The notes under the pieces were generated by a model. The model was not told where the DNA came from. It searched no databases and saw only the letters and a program-made list of their open reading frames with translations. A DNA stretch of 64,000 nt, taken from Candidatus Dormiibacterota bacterium. Lineage in GTDB: Bacteria > Chloroflexota > Dormibacteria > CF-121. The position numbers and the translations under genes were made by a program. The DNA lies in NCBI GenBank assembly GCA_035936995.1, contig DASYVR010000042.1, forward strand, positions 8,039-72,038. The letters run 5' to 3'. Of this stretch, positions 34,831 through 43,844 are shown in pieces. Position 1 is the stretch's first letter. Every line of letters starts with the position of its first letter.

Positions 34831-35399
34831 GCGGCCCGCACGCGACCCAGATCATCGAGGGCTACGTCGCCCGGCTCGAAGCCGAGCTGGCCGGCCTGCC
34901 GGCCGATCGCCGACGCGAACTGGTGCAGGACGTCCGCGATCACATCGGCGAATCTCGGGCAGCCCTCGAGCAGGAGACCGATGCCGACCTGCACAACATC
35001 GTCGATCGCCTCGGCGAGCCGGCCGAGCTGGCGCGGGAGGCACGTGAGCGGGAAGAGGTGAAGCGATCGAACGGCCAGCACTGGGGCTGGATCGAGGTGG
35101 CCGGCATTGTGCTGACTATCCTGGCCTGGCCGGCCGGCGCCATCCTCGTCTGGCTGTCGCGGGTCTGGAGCCGGCAGGAGAAGCTGATCGGCACATTGAT
35201 CGGCGCAGTCGCTTTCGTCATCGGGTTCCCCCTCTTCGGTCCCCTGGTCGGCCCTACGCTGGGACGGCTGGTGCAGACGCTGGGCGGCCCGACCCCGCTC
35301 CTCATCCCCACGCTGGGCTTCTTCAACGTCATCGGGGCAATCTACCTGGCCTTCCGGTTGAGCCGGCGGGAGACCGCGCTGTCCCGAGTCACCGTCTAG
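34827..35399 (+). CDS. DUF1700/HAAS-like membrane protein paired with PadR
   Basis: ATGA overlap with padR. N-terminus IIEGYVARLEAELAGLPADRRRELVQDVRDHI, and C-terminal TM helices. Confidence 0.7.
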   Translation: MSGPHATQIIEGYVARLEAELAGLPADRRRELVQDVRDHIGESRAALEQETDADLHNIVDRLGEPAELAREAREREEVKRSNGQHWGWIEVAGIVLTILAWPAGAILVWLSRVWSRQEKLIGTLIGAVAFVIGFPLFGPLVGPTLGRLVQTLGGPTPLLIPTLGFFNVIGAIYLAFRLSRRETALSRVTV

Positions 35400-35416
35400 G
35401 TCTGCGGGAATCGAGG

Positions 35417-36346
35417 TTGGGCATCCAGCTGCGCGACCGGCGGGAGCAGGCAGCCGCGGTCGTGACGGCGCTCGGGTTGGGAGTGTGGATCATGTCCAGC
35501 TTCGGCAGCCACCCGCCGGGCTCAGGATTCGGCCGGATTGCCTACGTCGCGCCGGATGCATCCGGGCAGTCGCAGATCTTCACCGTGACCCCCGATGGCA
35601 GCCAGCAGCGACAGCTCACCCAAACTCCGGCCGCCAAGGCGTTTCCCGCATGGTCGCGCGACCGCACCAGGATTGCCTTCACCTCCATGGCCGGCGGCCC
35701 ACCTGAGCTCTGGGTGGTCGCGGCCGACGGCAGCAACCTGCGGCCGATCACCGCGCCGCCGGCGAGCGGGAACTTCGTGCCGAGCTGGTCGCCCGATGGC
35801 AGGCAGATCGCGTTCGCCTCGGTCAGGACCAGCCACCCGGAAATCTGGGTGATCGATACCGCGAGTGGCAACCAGCGTCAGCTGACCCAGACTCCGACGC
35901 TGGGCGGCAGCAACGCGCCGTCGTGGTCGCCGGACGGGAGCCGGATCGCGTTCGCATCGGATCGAAGCGGGCGCACGGAGGTGTACGTCATGAAGGCGGA
36001 TGGCAGCGATGTGCGCCAGCTCACCGCGCCGACCGGGCCGTCATTCCCAGACAGCAACGTCCCGGTCTGGTCGCCAGACGGCAGTCGGATCGCGTTCTGG
36101 TCGGGCATCGAATCGCAGTACGGCCAGGTCTGGGTCATCGACGCCGATGGCCGCAACCGGCATCCGCTGACGAACTGCGATCCGCCGCGAAACTGTGACA
36201 ACCCAGCCTGGTCCCCCGACGGGTCCCTGATCCTCTTCGAGACGAACCGCGCCGGCCCGCCCGAGACCTGGGTGATGGGCTCGGACGGGAGCAACCAGCA
36301 CAGGCTGCTTGCATTTCTCTATGGCGCCGGGCGCCTTCCCTGGTAG
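35417..36346 (+). CDS. TolB-like PD40/WD40 beta-propeller protein
   Basis: N-terminal TM or signal sequence. Repeated PAWSRDRTRIAF, PSWSPDGRQIAF, PSWSPDGSRIAF, PVWSPDGSRIAF and PAWSPDGSLILF motifs. Confidence 0.85.
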   Translation: MGIQLRDRREQAAAVVTALGLGVWIMSSFGSHPPGSGFGRIAYVAPDASGQSQIFTVTPDGSQQRQLTQTPAAKAFPAWSRDRTRIAFTSMAGGPPELWVVAADGSNLRPITAPPASGNFVPSWSPDGRQIAFASVRTSHPEIWVIDTASGNQRQLTQTPTLGGSNAPSWSPDGSRIAFASDRSGRTEVYVMKADGSDVRQLTAPTGPSFPDSNVPVWSPDGSRIAFWSGIESQYGQVWVIDADGRNRHPLTNCDPPRNCDNPAWSPDGSLILFETNRAGPPETWVMGSDGSNQHRLLAFLYGAGRLPW

Positions 36347-36403
36347 CCGCTCGGCCGTTGACAGTCCGGTGGCTGCCCCTATAGTTCCTGACTAGGAGTC
36401 TCC

Positions 36404-36754
36404 ATGCTCAAGATCAAACTCGTTGCCATCGTCGCGGTCGCCGCCGGGCTCGCGATCTGGGCGGGCGTGGCCGGCCTGGCCGCTCATGGAAGCGCCAAGG
36501 CAGCCTCGCCGACGGTCGCAGGTCAGGCCAGCCCCCAGGTGCAGTCCACGCCCAAGCCCAAGGAGACGCCCGAGGTAGAGTCATCGCCGGAGGCCGCCGA
36601 GACGCCCGAGGCCAAGCAGTCGCCCGAGCCCAAGGAGACGCCTGAGACGGAGTCATCGCCGGAGCCCGGCGAGAGCCCGGAGGCTCAAGCCACACCTCGC
36701 GCTACCAAAACCGAGCAACCTGAGACGGAAAAGGAGTCCGGGCCCGAAGACTAG
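36404..36754 (+). CDS. Secreted or anchored Pro/Glu/Ser/Thr-rich low-complexity protein
   Basis: Signal or TM N-terminus (LKIKLVAIVAVAAGLAIWAG), then SPEPKETPE-type repeats. The DNA contains a 36-nt unit duplicated with a 72-nt period. Confidence 0.6.
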   Translation: MLKIKLVAIVAVAAGLAIWAGVAGLAAHGSAKAASPTVAGQASPQVQSTPKPKETPEVESSPEAAETPEAKQSPEPKETPETESSPEPGESPEAQATPRATKTEQPETEKESGPED

Positions 36755-36902
36755 CCGGCGTGTCAATTCCCGAACGTCCAAGCCGATTTCTCCGGCGCTT
36801 CGTAAGTCCGAAGAAGGAGAGGAGTCGGTTAGCCGCCGATTAACGCTCGCGATGGCCAGCGCGACCCGGCTGCGTAACCGTCCGGTTCGTGATGAAGTTA
36901 AG

Positions 36903-38122
36903 ATGGGCCGAATCCCCGCAGTTCTTTTTGCGATCGGCTGACCGCATGTTCGGGGAACGCTCCGACGGCCCAGAAGAGCCCGGAGCCTCAGAAGTCGCTT
37001 CCAACTTCGCCCACGGCCGCAACGTCAGTCGCACCGAACTCCCAGCGGGCCGAGCCCGTGGCGGTGCTTGTTAGCTCCAGTCCAGTCGACGGCCCGTACA
37101 CGGTACAGTTGGCCGGGGCCGACGGGAGGATCCTCGCTCATGCGAGTGCACGGTCCACTCTGCGGTTACTTACCACACCCCGGGGCCTTGCGGCATGGGT
37201 GGTGGTGGGTGTGTTGAGTCTGGACTTTCCGCCCTGCCCGTGGTGAGCATCTCCAACTCTCGGGTTTACTACCTCGACGGTAACGCAGACGTTAGATCGC
37301 TTGGTCCGGACGGGAGCACGGCCTTGGCCACCCATTTACCTGGAAGTGCAAGCGTCAGCGTGGGCTTTGCAATCAGTCCTGATGACCGGCGGATCGCCGT
37401 TTCCGTGATCGAATACACCGACTCGTTCCAGGCGCCGGTCAAGCTCCGCATGTACGTGGAGGACCTGGTGGGGGGGCGGCAATCACGTCGATCTCTTTTC
37501 CTCGACATCCGTAACCGAGTGGCCTATTGGCTGGCACGCGGGCAGGCTATTGATAGCGGTCGGACCACCCATTGATTCGGGCGGTCCCAACGTGTACGGC
37601 GCTACCTCGTATCACCTGGTGGATGCAACCAGTGGCAACCGAGTCGCCACTCTGGATTGCGTCGACGGTCTGGTCGTAGCGGCGGGCACCGCCTGCTATC
37701 GATTTGACAGGCTAATCAGTGGGCCAACCGCGCTTCCTACGCAGCTGGGTATCCAACGCTGGGATGGGCAGAAAAGTTGGTTTGCCGGGCTGAATCTCGG
37801 CAATCCCCCAAACAGGAGCCGGATCGACGTCACAGTTTTTGGTGGGCCGACGTTATCACCAGACGGCAGCCGAATCGCGGCGGCGGTCTATACCGCTCAG
37901 GGTAGCCCAGACATCAACACGACTCCGGTCGTACTCTTCACGAACGGTGGCGAGGCAGCGACCGCCATAGCGGGCGTAGTGATGGGTTGGCTGGACTCGA
38001 CGCACATAGTCGTTCATCAACACGACAACGACACGACGATTCTTGACACAGCATCCGGGGCGACCAGCAGGGTGGCATCCCAGGGCTGGCTCTTCGGGGT
38101 GCTCCCGGGCAGCCTGGGCTGA
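36903..38122 (+). pseudogene. Lipoprotein gene interrupted by about 3 frameshifts
   Basis: The signal peptide with lipobox MGRIPAVLFAIG|LTAC is only readable across a 1-nt shift at about 36938. The body continues in frame 2, shifts to frame 1 near the (GGT)n run at about 37200, and returns to frame 2 at a G7 tract (37470-37476). Each fragment reads like genuine protein sequence. Confidence 0.6.
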
Positions 38123-38333
38123 GCGATTCAGCCTCGACGTACGCGCACCTGCCGTTATGACCGTGACAGGTTCTGGCCTTGGATCTCGGCTACCTGTGAC
38201 GGCGTAACTGACGGCGTAGCCGTTGGTTGCCGACGGACGCTGACGGACAATCTGGTTTGACGAGTCCTCCTTGCAAATTCGTAGATGGACCCCTGTGGAC
38301 GTCGGTGGACGCGGCGGACTCTGCGAGGAGCAC

Positions 38334-38409
38334 CTTCAAAACCGCTGGGCGGCATCCTTGGCGATGTCGCCGGACGGATCGCTCCCGTCGCGCCCCCGCC
38401 AATCTTTGA
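38334..38409 (+). repeat. Structured ~80-nt repeat, copy C
   Basis: cttcaaaaccgctgggcggcatccttggcgatgtcgccggacggatcgCtcccgtcgcgcccccgccaatCtttga. It ends 19 nt upstream of the padR promoter -35 box. Confidence 0.85.
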
Positions 38410-38427
38410 CTTTCTTCAGATAGGCAT

Positions 38428-38477
38428 TTGACAATTAGCGGGCCACCATGCATACTCGGCATACATACCAAGTATGT
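38428..38477 (+). promoter_or_regulatory. Sigma-70-like promoter plus palindromic operator of the padR-ABC operon
   Basis: TTGACA (38428-33) - N17 - CATACT (38451-56). The perfect inverted repeat ACATAC-caa-GTATGT (38463-77) lies at about +1 to +15 and resembles PadR ATGT/ACAT-type operators. Confidence 0.5.
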
Positions 38478-38489
38478 TAAGTCGAAAGA

Positions 38490-39023
38490 TTGTCGCTTAA
38501 ATACGGCGTGATGGGGCTCCTCGCCGAGGAGTCGCTCCACGGCTATGAGGTGAAAAACCGCTTTGAAGCCATGCTCGGTGGGACGTGGGAAGTCAACATC
38601 GGCCAGATCTACACGACCCTCCAGCGGCTCGAGCGGGACGGCCTCGTCCGGCCCGTCGGTGCCCGGGGCGACCGCGGCAAGCAGAGCTACGAGCTGTCGC
38701 CCGAGGGCCACAAAGCGCTCAAGGAGTGGCTGGCGCAGCCTGACTCGGGGCCACAGCAGCTGCACGAGGACATCTACGTGAAACTCCTTCTCGCGACCCG
38801 CCTCGCGAACGGCGATCTGCAGGGAATGCTCGCTCGCCAGAAGCGCGCCTACCTGCAGCGCTTGCGGGACCTCAACCGGCTGGAAGAACAGGCACGGCGG
38901 GACGGCCGCATCGACCTGGCGCGACTCGTGCGCGGCGCATTACTTCATACGGAGGCAGATCTCAAATGGATGGACGAACTCTCGTCGGAGCGTTTCGGGA
39001 CGGAGGGGGCAAAAACGGAATGA
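38490..39023 (+). CDS. PadR-family transcriptional regulator (long form with C-terminal domain)
   Basis: LKYGVMGLLAEESLHGYEVKNRFEAMLGGTWEVNIGQIYTTLQRLERDGLV. Confidence 0.9.
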   Translation: MSLKYGVMGLLAEESLHGYEVKNRFEAMLGGTWEVNIGQIYTTLQRLERDGLVRPVGARGDRGKQSYELSPEGHKALKEWLAQPDSGPQQLHEDIYVKLLLATRLANGDLQGMLARQKRAYLQRLRDLNRLEEQARRDGRIDLARLVRGALLHTEADLKWMDELSSERFGTEGAKTE

Positions 39024-39751
39024 GCGAGCTGGTCCGGCTGACCGACGTCACCAAGGTCTATCAGGGCGGCATCACCGGGGCGCTCAACGGCGTGTCGGTC
39101 ACCGTCGAGAAGGGCGAGTTCACCGCGATCATGGGGCCCTCGGGCAGCGGCAAGTCCACCATGCTCAACCTCATTGCGGGGGTGGACCGGCCTAGCTCGG
39201 GCACCGTCAGCGTTGGCGGCACCCTCCTCGGTAAGCTCGGCGAGGCGGGGCTGGCCAGGTTTCGCCGTGACCACATCGGCTTCGTCTTTCAGTTCTTTTA
39301 CCTTCTTCCGAACCTGACCGTGCTCGAGAACGTCCTCATCCCGGCGCAGCTGAAAGGCAATGTCGCGCCCGCGCGGGCACGGGAGCTCCTCGACCAGCTC
39401 GGCATCGCGGAGGTTGCCAATCGCTACCCGGCACGACTGAGCGGCGGCCAGCAGCAGCGCGTAGCGATCGCGCGAGCCCTGATCAACAAGCCCACGCTGC
39501 TGCTCGCCGACGAGCCGACCGGCGCGCTCGACACGCGCAGCGGTGACCAGGTGATGGAGCTCCTCGGCGGCGTTCATCGCGAGGGGCAGACGATCCTGCT
39601 CGTCACGCACGACGCGAAGCTCGCGACCCGTCACGCGGCACGTGTGATCAGCGTCGTTGACGGGAAGATCGTTGACGACGCGCGCCTCGATAGCCTAGAG
39701 CGGGCTCCCTCAGAGGTCATCCGCGTCCGCGGCGAGGAGGCGTCGCGATGA
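39020..39751 (+). CDS. ABC transporter ATP-binding protein (MacB/LolD-like)
   Basis: Walker [10 protein letters not shown], signature [15 protein letters not shown], Walker [17 protein letters not shown] overlap with padR. Confidence 0.95.
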   Translation: MSELVRLTDVTKVYQGGITGALNGVSVTVEKGEFTAIMGPSGSGKSTMLNLIAGVDRPSSGTVSVGGTLLGKLGEAGLARFRRDHIGFVFQFFYLLPNLTVLENVLIPAQLKGNVAPARARELLDQLGIAEVANRYPARLSGGQQQRVAIARALINKPTLLLADEPTGALDTRSGDQVMELLGGVHREGQTILLVTHDAKLATRHAARVISVVDGKIVDDARLDSLERAPSEVIRVRGEEASR

Positions 39752-42078
39752 GGGCCATCTTCGTGAAAACCCTGGCCGATTTGCGCCGGCGCCGGCTGCA
39801 GGCCGCTGTGATCTTCGTCACGACCCTCTTGGCAGTAGCGACCGGCACGATGGCGCTCACACTCATCGCGCAGACGCGTGACCCTTACCAGCTGGCATTC
39901 GAGGCGCAGAAGGGCGCTCACCTGCAAGTTGGGTTCGACAACCGGATCGATCCGAGCACGCTCGTCGGCACGCCGGCGCTGATCGGAGCCTCTGCGCACG
40001 CGGGTCCATATCGTGCGACAGACATGCAGTTTCAATCGGGTGGACACAAATATGCGGTGACCACCATCGCGCGCGACAATCCGGGAGGCGATGTCGGACA
40101 GCTCCGCATTACCGGGGGCCACTGGCCATCTAGCGGTACCGAGGTAGCGCTGACGCGGTCCTTCGCCGAGCTCAATCACATCTCCATCGGAGACAGGCTC
40201 AAGGTTGTCAGCGTTCCGCAGGAGCCCGTTCTCACCGTGGTGGCCGAGGTGGTGGACATCGATGAACTCCGGGCGGACGTCGGCGGCGTCCAGCACGCGT
40301 GGGTCCTCGGTACGGCCATCGCTCCCTTGACCGCGAAGGACGCCTCTTTCTACCTGATGGACTACCGCTTCGCCAGCGACCCGACCAGCGCTCAACTGCA
40401 GGCTCGGATGAACACTCTGCGGGCATCGGTTCCGCCGGACAGTGTCACCAGCTCGATCAACTACCTGTTTGTCCGTACCGTCTTCCACGTCTCGACCGAG
40501 ATCCTCACGGGGGTGCTGGTCGCCTTCAGCGTCTTCGCGCTGGCTGCGACGGCGGCGATCGTGGCCAACCTCGTGACCGGGATCGTGATCTCGGCTTATC
40601 GCGAGATCGGGATCATGAAGGCCGTCGGTTTCACACCACTGCAGGTGATAGGCGTCTTCGTGTTCCAGATCCTGGTTCCCGCGGCAGCAGCCTGCATCCT
40701 CGGCATTCCAGCCGGCACGATCCTGAGCCAGCCGCTGCTGGCGAGCAACTCGCAAGCGCTGGGTCTCGCCTACCAGCCGACCTTCTCGCCGGCTCTCGAC
40801 GTTCTCGCCCTTGCCGGTGCGCTCCTCATCGTGGCTATCGCCGCGGTGATTCCCGCGTTTCGCGCGGGCCGACTCAAGCCCGCGGTCGTCATCGCCAACG
40901 CCGCGGCCCCTCGGGGCAACAGCGGCCGCTGGCTCCGCCGCCTGGCGTCTCGCGCCAGGCTGCCGCGGCCCATCGTGCTTGGTCTCGGCGAAGCGGCGGC
41001 GCGGCCGGTGCGGGCGACCCTGACCCTCCTCGCCATAGTTCTGGGCGTCGCCACTGTCGTCGTTGCCCTGGGAGAGGCGCGCAGCTTCAACAAGATCTAT
41101 ACGTATGAGGGACACATCGGAAAGGTGGATGTCGTCGTCGCCAAGAGCCCAGCCCTCGCGGACAGCGATGCCACCCAGTTGATCAACTCCCAGCCCGAGA
41201 CCACGCGTTTGGTCGCCGAAACGACGGCCACCATCACCGTTCCCGGAATCGCCGATCCGGTTACCACGCTCGGCTTCCGCGGTGACTCGGCGGCGCTCGG
41301 CTACCTGCTATCCCCGGGTCGCTGGTTCAACGGTCCGGGTGAGGTGGTTGCGAACAGGGGCTTCGTCCAGGACGCCCACCTCAACCTAGGCGACACCTTT
41401 ACCGGCACGGTCCACGGCCAGGCCCTCAAGCTTCGAATCGTGGGCGAAGTCTTCGACTTCACGGCCGGCCCGGGCGGCCACGTGTTGATGCTCGACTGGT
41501 CGACGATCACCGCCGCCGTCCCGAACCTCACACCGTCCAGCTACATGGTCACCCTCAAGCCTGGCTCCAACGTCGACGCTTACGTGAGACGGCTGGCCGC
41601 GGCGCAGCCAGACCTGCTCGATGTTCAGGCCAACAGCACTGGGAACACGGCGTTCCTCACCGTGATCGCTGGCGTCCTCTTCGGGATCGCGGGCGTCGTC
41701 GCGCTGATCGCGGTCGCCGGCGTCTTCAACACGTTGCTGCTGAGCACGCGCGAGCGCGTGCGCGACACGGCCACCCTCAAGACGCTCGGCATGAGCCCGC
41801 GACAGGTGATCGGCATGGTGGCCACCTCAGCCGGGTTCCTAGCGCTCCTGGGTGGTCTCGTTGCGGTACCGGGAGGGGTCGCGCTTTACCGGGTGCTCTT
41901 CGACCAGCTCAGTAGCCTGGGCGGCAACATCACGCCGCTCGCGTTCTATGACGTCTTTGCACCCTGGGAGCTGATCGCGATACCGCTGGCAGGCATCGTC
42001 GTGGCGGTCCTCGCCGCCATCGTTCCGGGGCGCTGGGCGGCGCGCACCAACGTGGTCGAGGTCCTGCACGCGGAATGA
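39748..42078 (+). CDS. ABC transporter permease with two FtsX domains (MacB-like)
   Basis: 776 aa with two 4-TM FtsX-type modules (REIGIMKAVGF..., TLKTLGMSPRQV...) separated by large periplasmic regions. 4-nt overlap with the ATPase gene. Confidence 0.9.
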   Translation: MRAIFVKTLADLRRRRLQAAVIFVTTLLAVATGTMALTLIAQTRDPYQLAFEAQKGAHLQVGFDNRIDPSTLVGTPALIGASAHAGPYRATDMQFQSGGHKYAVTTIARDNPGGDVGQLRITGGHWPSSGTEVALTRSFAELNHISIGDRLKVVSVPQEPVLTVVAEVVDIDELRADVGGVQHAWVLGTAIAPLTAKDASFYLMDYRFASDPTSAQLQARMNTLRASVPPDSVTSSINYLFVRTVFHVSTEILTGVLVAFSVFALAATAAIVANLVTGIVISAYREIGIMKAVGFTPLQVIGVFVFQILVPAAAACILGIPAGTILSQPLLASNSQALGLAYQPTFSPALDVLALAGALLIVAIAAVIPAFRAGRLKPAVVIANAAAPRGNSGRWLRRLASRARLPRPIVLGLGEAAARPVRATLTLLAIVLGVATVVVALGEARSFNKIYTYEGHIGKVDVVVAKSPALADSDATQLINSQPETTRLVAETTATITVPGIADPVTTLGFRGDSAALGYLLSPGRWFNGPGEVVANRGFVQDAHLNLGDTFTGTVHGQALKLRIVGEVFDFTAGPGGHVLMLDWSTITAAVPNLTPSSYMVTLKPGSNVDAYVRRLAAAQPDLLDVQANSTGNTAFLTVIAGVLFGIAGVVALIAVAGVFNTLLLSTRERVRDTATLKTLGMSPRQVIGMVATSAGFLALLGGLVAVPGGVALYRVLFDQLSSLGGNITPLAFYDVFAPWELIAIPLAGIVVAVLAAIVPGRWAARTNVVEVLHAE

Positions 42079-42132
42079 GTGGGCAGACAGCGTCGTGATT
42101 TCTGTATCAAACGACTAGGAGAGGAGAGCTTC

Positions 42133-42749
42133 ATGCAAGGCAGCTACCCCGTGCAATTCGACGTCGACTTCCCCGCCCGACCGCTTGATCGACTCACCAC
42201 GGCTTTCCGAATAATCGTCGCCGTGCCGATTCTCTTTCTGATCGGATCCTGACCAGCGACATTGTGGACGGCCGGCATCATACGACGGCTACACTGGCAA
42301 GCGGCGCCGGCCTCCTCTTTCTGCCCCTCTTGTTGATGATCTTGTTCCGTCAGAAGTACCCGCGCTGGTGGTTCGACTGGAACATTAATGTGCTTCGTTT
42401 CTCCAATCGCGTCACCGCCTACCTGGCCCTGCTCGACGATCGCTACCCATCAACGGACGAGGAGCAGTCTGTCCACCTCAACTTCGCCTATCCGGACGCT
42501 CGCCAATTGAACCGCTGGCTTCCCCTGATCAAGTGGCTCCTTGCCGTCCCGCACTATGTCGTTCTCTTCTTTCTCGGAATAGCTGCCGTGGTAGTGGTCA
42601 TCGTTGCCTGGTTTGCCATTCTCTTCACGGGTACGTACCCACGGAATCTCTTTGACTTCGTCGTCGGCGTCCTTCGATGGGGCAACCGAGTAACCGGCTA
42701 TGCCTTCGCGCTGGTGACCGATCAGTATCCACCGTTCACTCTCAGCTGA
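42133..42749 (+). pseudogene. DUF4389-family membrane protein split by a single frameshift
   Basis: ATG 42133 has an AGGAGAGGAGAG ribosome-binding site. It encodes MQGSYPVQFDVDFPARPLDRLTTAFRIIVAVPILFLIGS, then a TGA at 42250. The rest of the family-typical sequence (...KWLLAVPHYVVLFFL...FTGTYPRNLFDFVVGVLRWGNRVTGYAFALVTDQYPPF) continues in another frame as ORF 42264..42749. Confidence 0.7.
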
Positions 42750-43733
42750 ATGAGAGCAGTTGTCTACGACAGGTACGGGTCGCCAGATGTGCAGCGACTC
42801 GCGGAAGTCGAACGGCCCGTGCCCAAGGACGACGAAGTCCTCGTCAGGATCCACGCCACGACCGTCAACCGGTTGGACTGCGCGACTCGTGAAGCCAACC
42901 GACGTAGCGGCCTGGCCGTCAGTCTCCTCAGCCGCTTGGTCTCCGGCCTCCGCCTGCCGAGGCAGCGGATCCTCGGCAGCGAGCTGGCGGGAGAGGTCGC
43001 GGCCGTCGGCGCAGCCGTCAGCGAGTTCGCGGTCGGTGACCACGTCTTCGGCACAACTGGGCTGAAGTTCGGGGCACACGCCGAGTTCATCTGCCTGCGG
43101 GAGAGCGCCCGAATGGCGCACAAGCCGATGGGGATGAGCTTCGAGGAGGCTGCGGCGGTCTGCGACGGAGCACTCAATGCTCTTTGGTGCTTGAAAGGGG
43201 CAGATCTCCGGAAGGGGCAGAGGATCCTCATCTACGGCGCGTCCGGATCCATCGGCACCGCGGGGGTGCAGCTGGCCAAGCACTTCGAAGCCGACATCAC
43301 CGCGGTGTGCAACACCAAGAACCTCGAGCTAATGAGATCGCTTGGGGCCGACAGGGTGATCGACTACACGAAGGAAGACTTCACCAAGAACGGCGAGACG
43401 TACGACTTCATCTTCGACGCGGTCGGCAAGCACTCGTTCAGGCGCTGCAGAGGCTCGCTGAAGCGGGGCGCCCGCTACCTCGCAACCGACGGGTTCCGAA
43501 ATCTCATCCTGGCGCTGTGGACCTCGCGGATCGGAGATAAGAGAGTGGTCTTTCAGATCCCACCGCAACACGCGAAGCAGGACGTCCGGTTCCTCAAGCA
43601 GCTCATCGAGGCGGGCAAGTACCGGGCGGTCATCGATCGGCGTTACCCATTGGAGCAGGTGGTCGATGCGACCAGGTACGTCGAGACGGAGCAGAAGACA
43701 GGAAACGTCGTCCTGACAGTTAGCCGCCCTTAG
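42750..43733 (+). CDS. Zinc-type/MDR-family NAD(P)-dependent oxidoreductase (quinone-reductase-like)
   Basis: MRAVVYDRYGSPDV...EVLVRIHATTVN...ILIYGASGSIGTAGVQLAK...TGNVVLTV. Confidence 0.9.
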   Translation: MRAVVYDRYGSPDVQRLAEVERPVPKDDEVLVRIHATTVNRLDCATREANRRSGLAVSLLSRLVSGLRLPRQRILGSELAGEVAAVGAAVSEFAVGDHVFGTTGLKFGAHAEFICLRESARMAHKPMGMSFEEAAAVCDGALNALWCLKGADLRKGQRILIYGASGSIGTAGVQLAKHFEADITAVCNTKNLELMRSLGADRVIDYTKEDFTKNGETYDFIFDAVGKHSFRRCRGSLKRGARYLATDGFRNLILALWTSRIGDKRVVFQIPPQHAKQDVRFLKQLIEAGKYRAVIDRRYPLEQVVDATRYVETEQKTGNVVLTVSRP

Positions 43734-43844
43734 CGGCTTGGAGTCCGCCGCTCCACCCTGGCCATCGGACTCGCTGGATTCGCCCAACGCTAGGCGGAAG
43801 CTAGCACCACCAGCATTCGGGGGCTGGCCGGATAGTATCGGGGA

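Noticed and set aside
39631-41115. 494-aa minus-strand ORF opposite the FtsX permease. Similar long antisense ORFs occur at 43890..45149, 49813..51069, 4105..5400, 5049..6305 and 1041..2219.
   Set aside because: All lie antisense to, or out of frame with, strongly supported genes. All have Arg/Pro/Gly-dominated composition, and none carries a recognisable motif.
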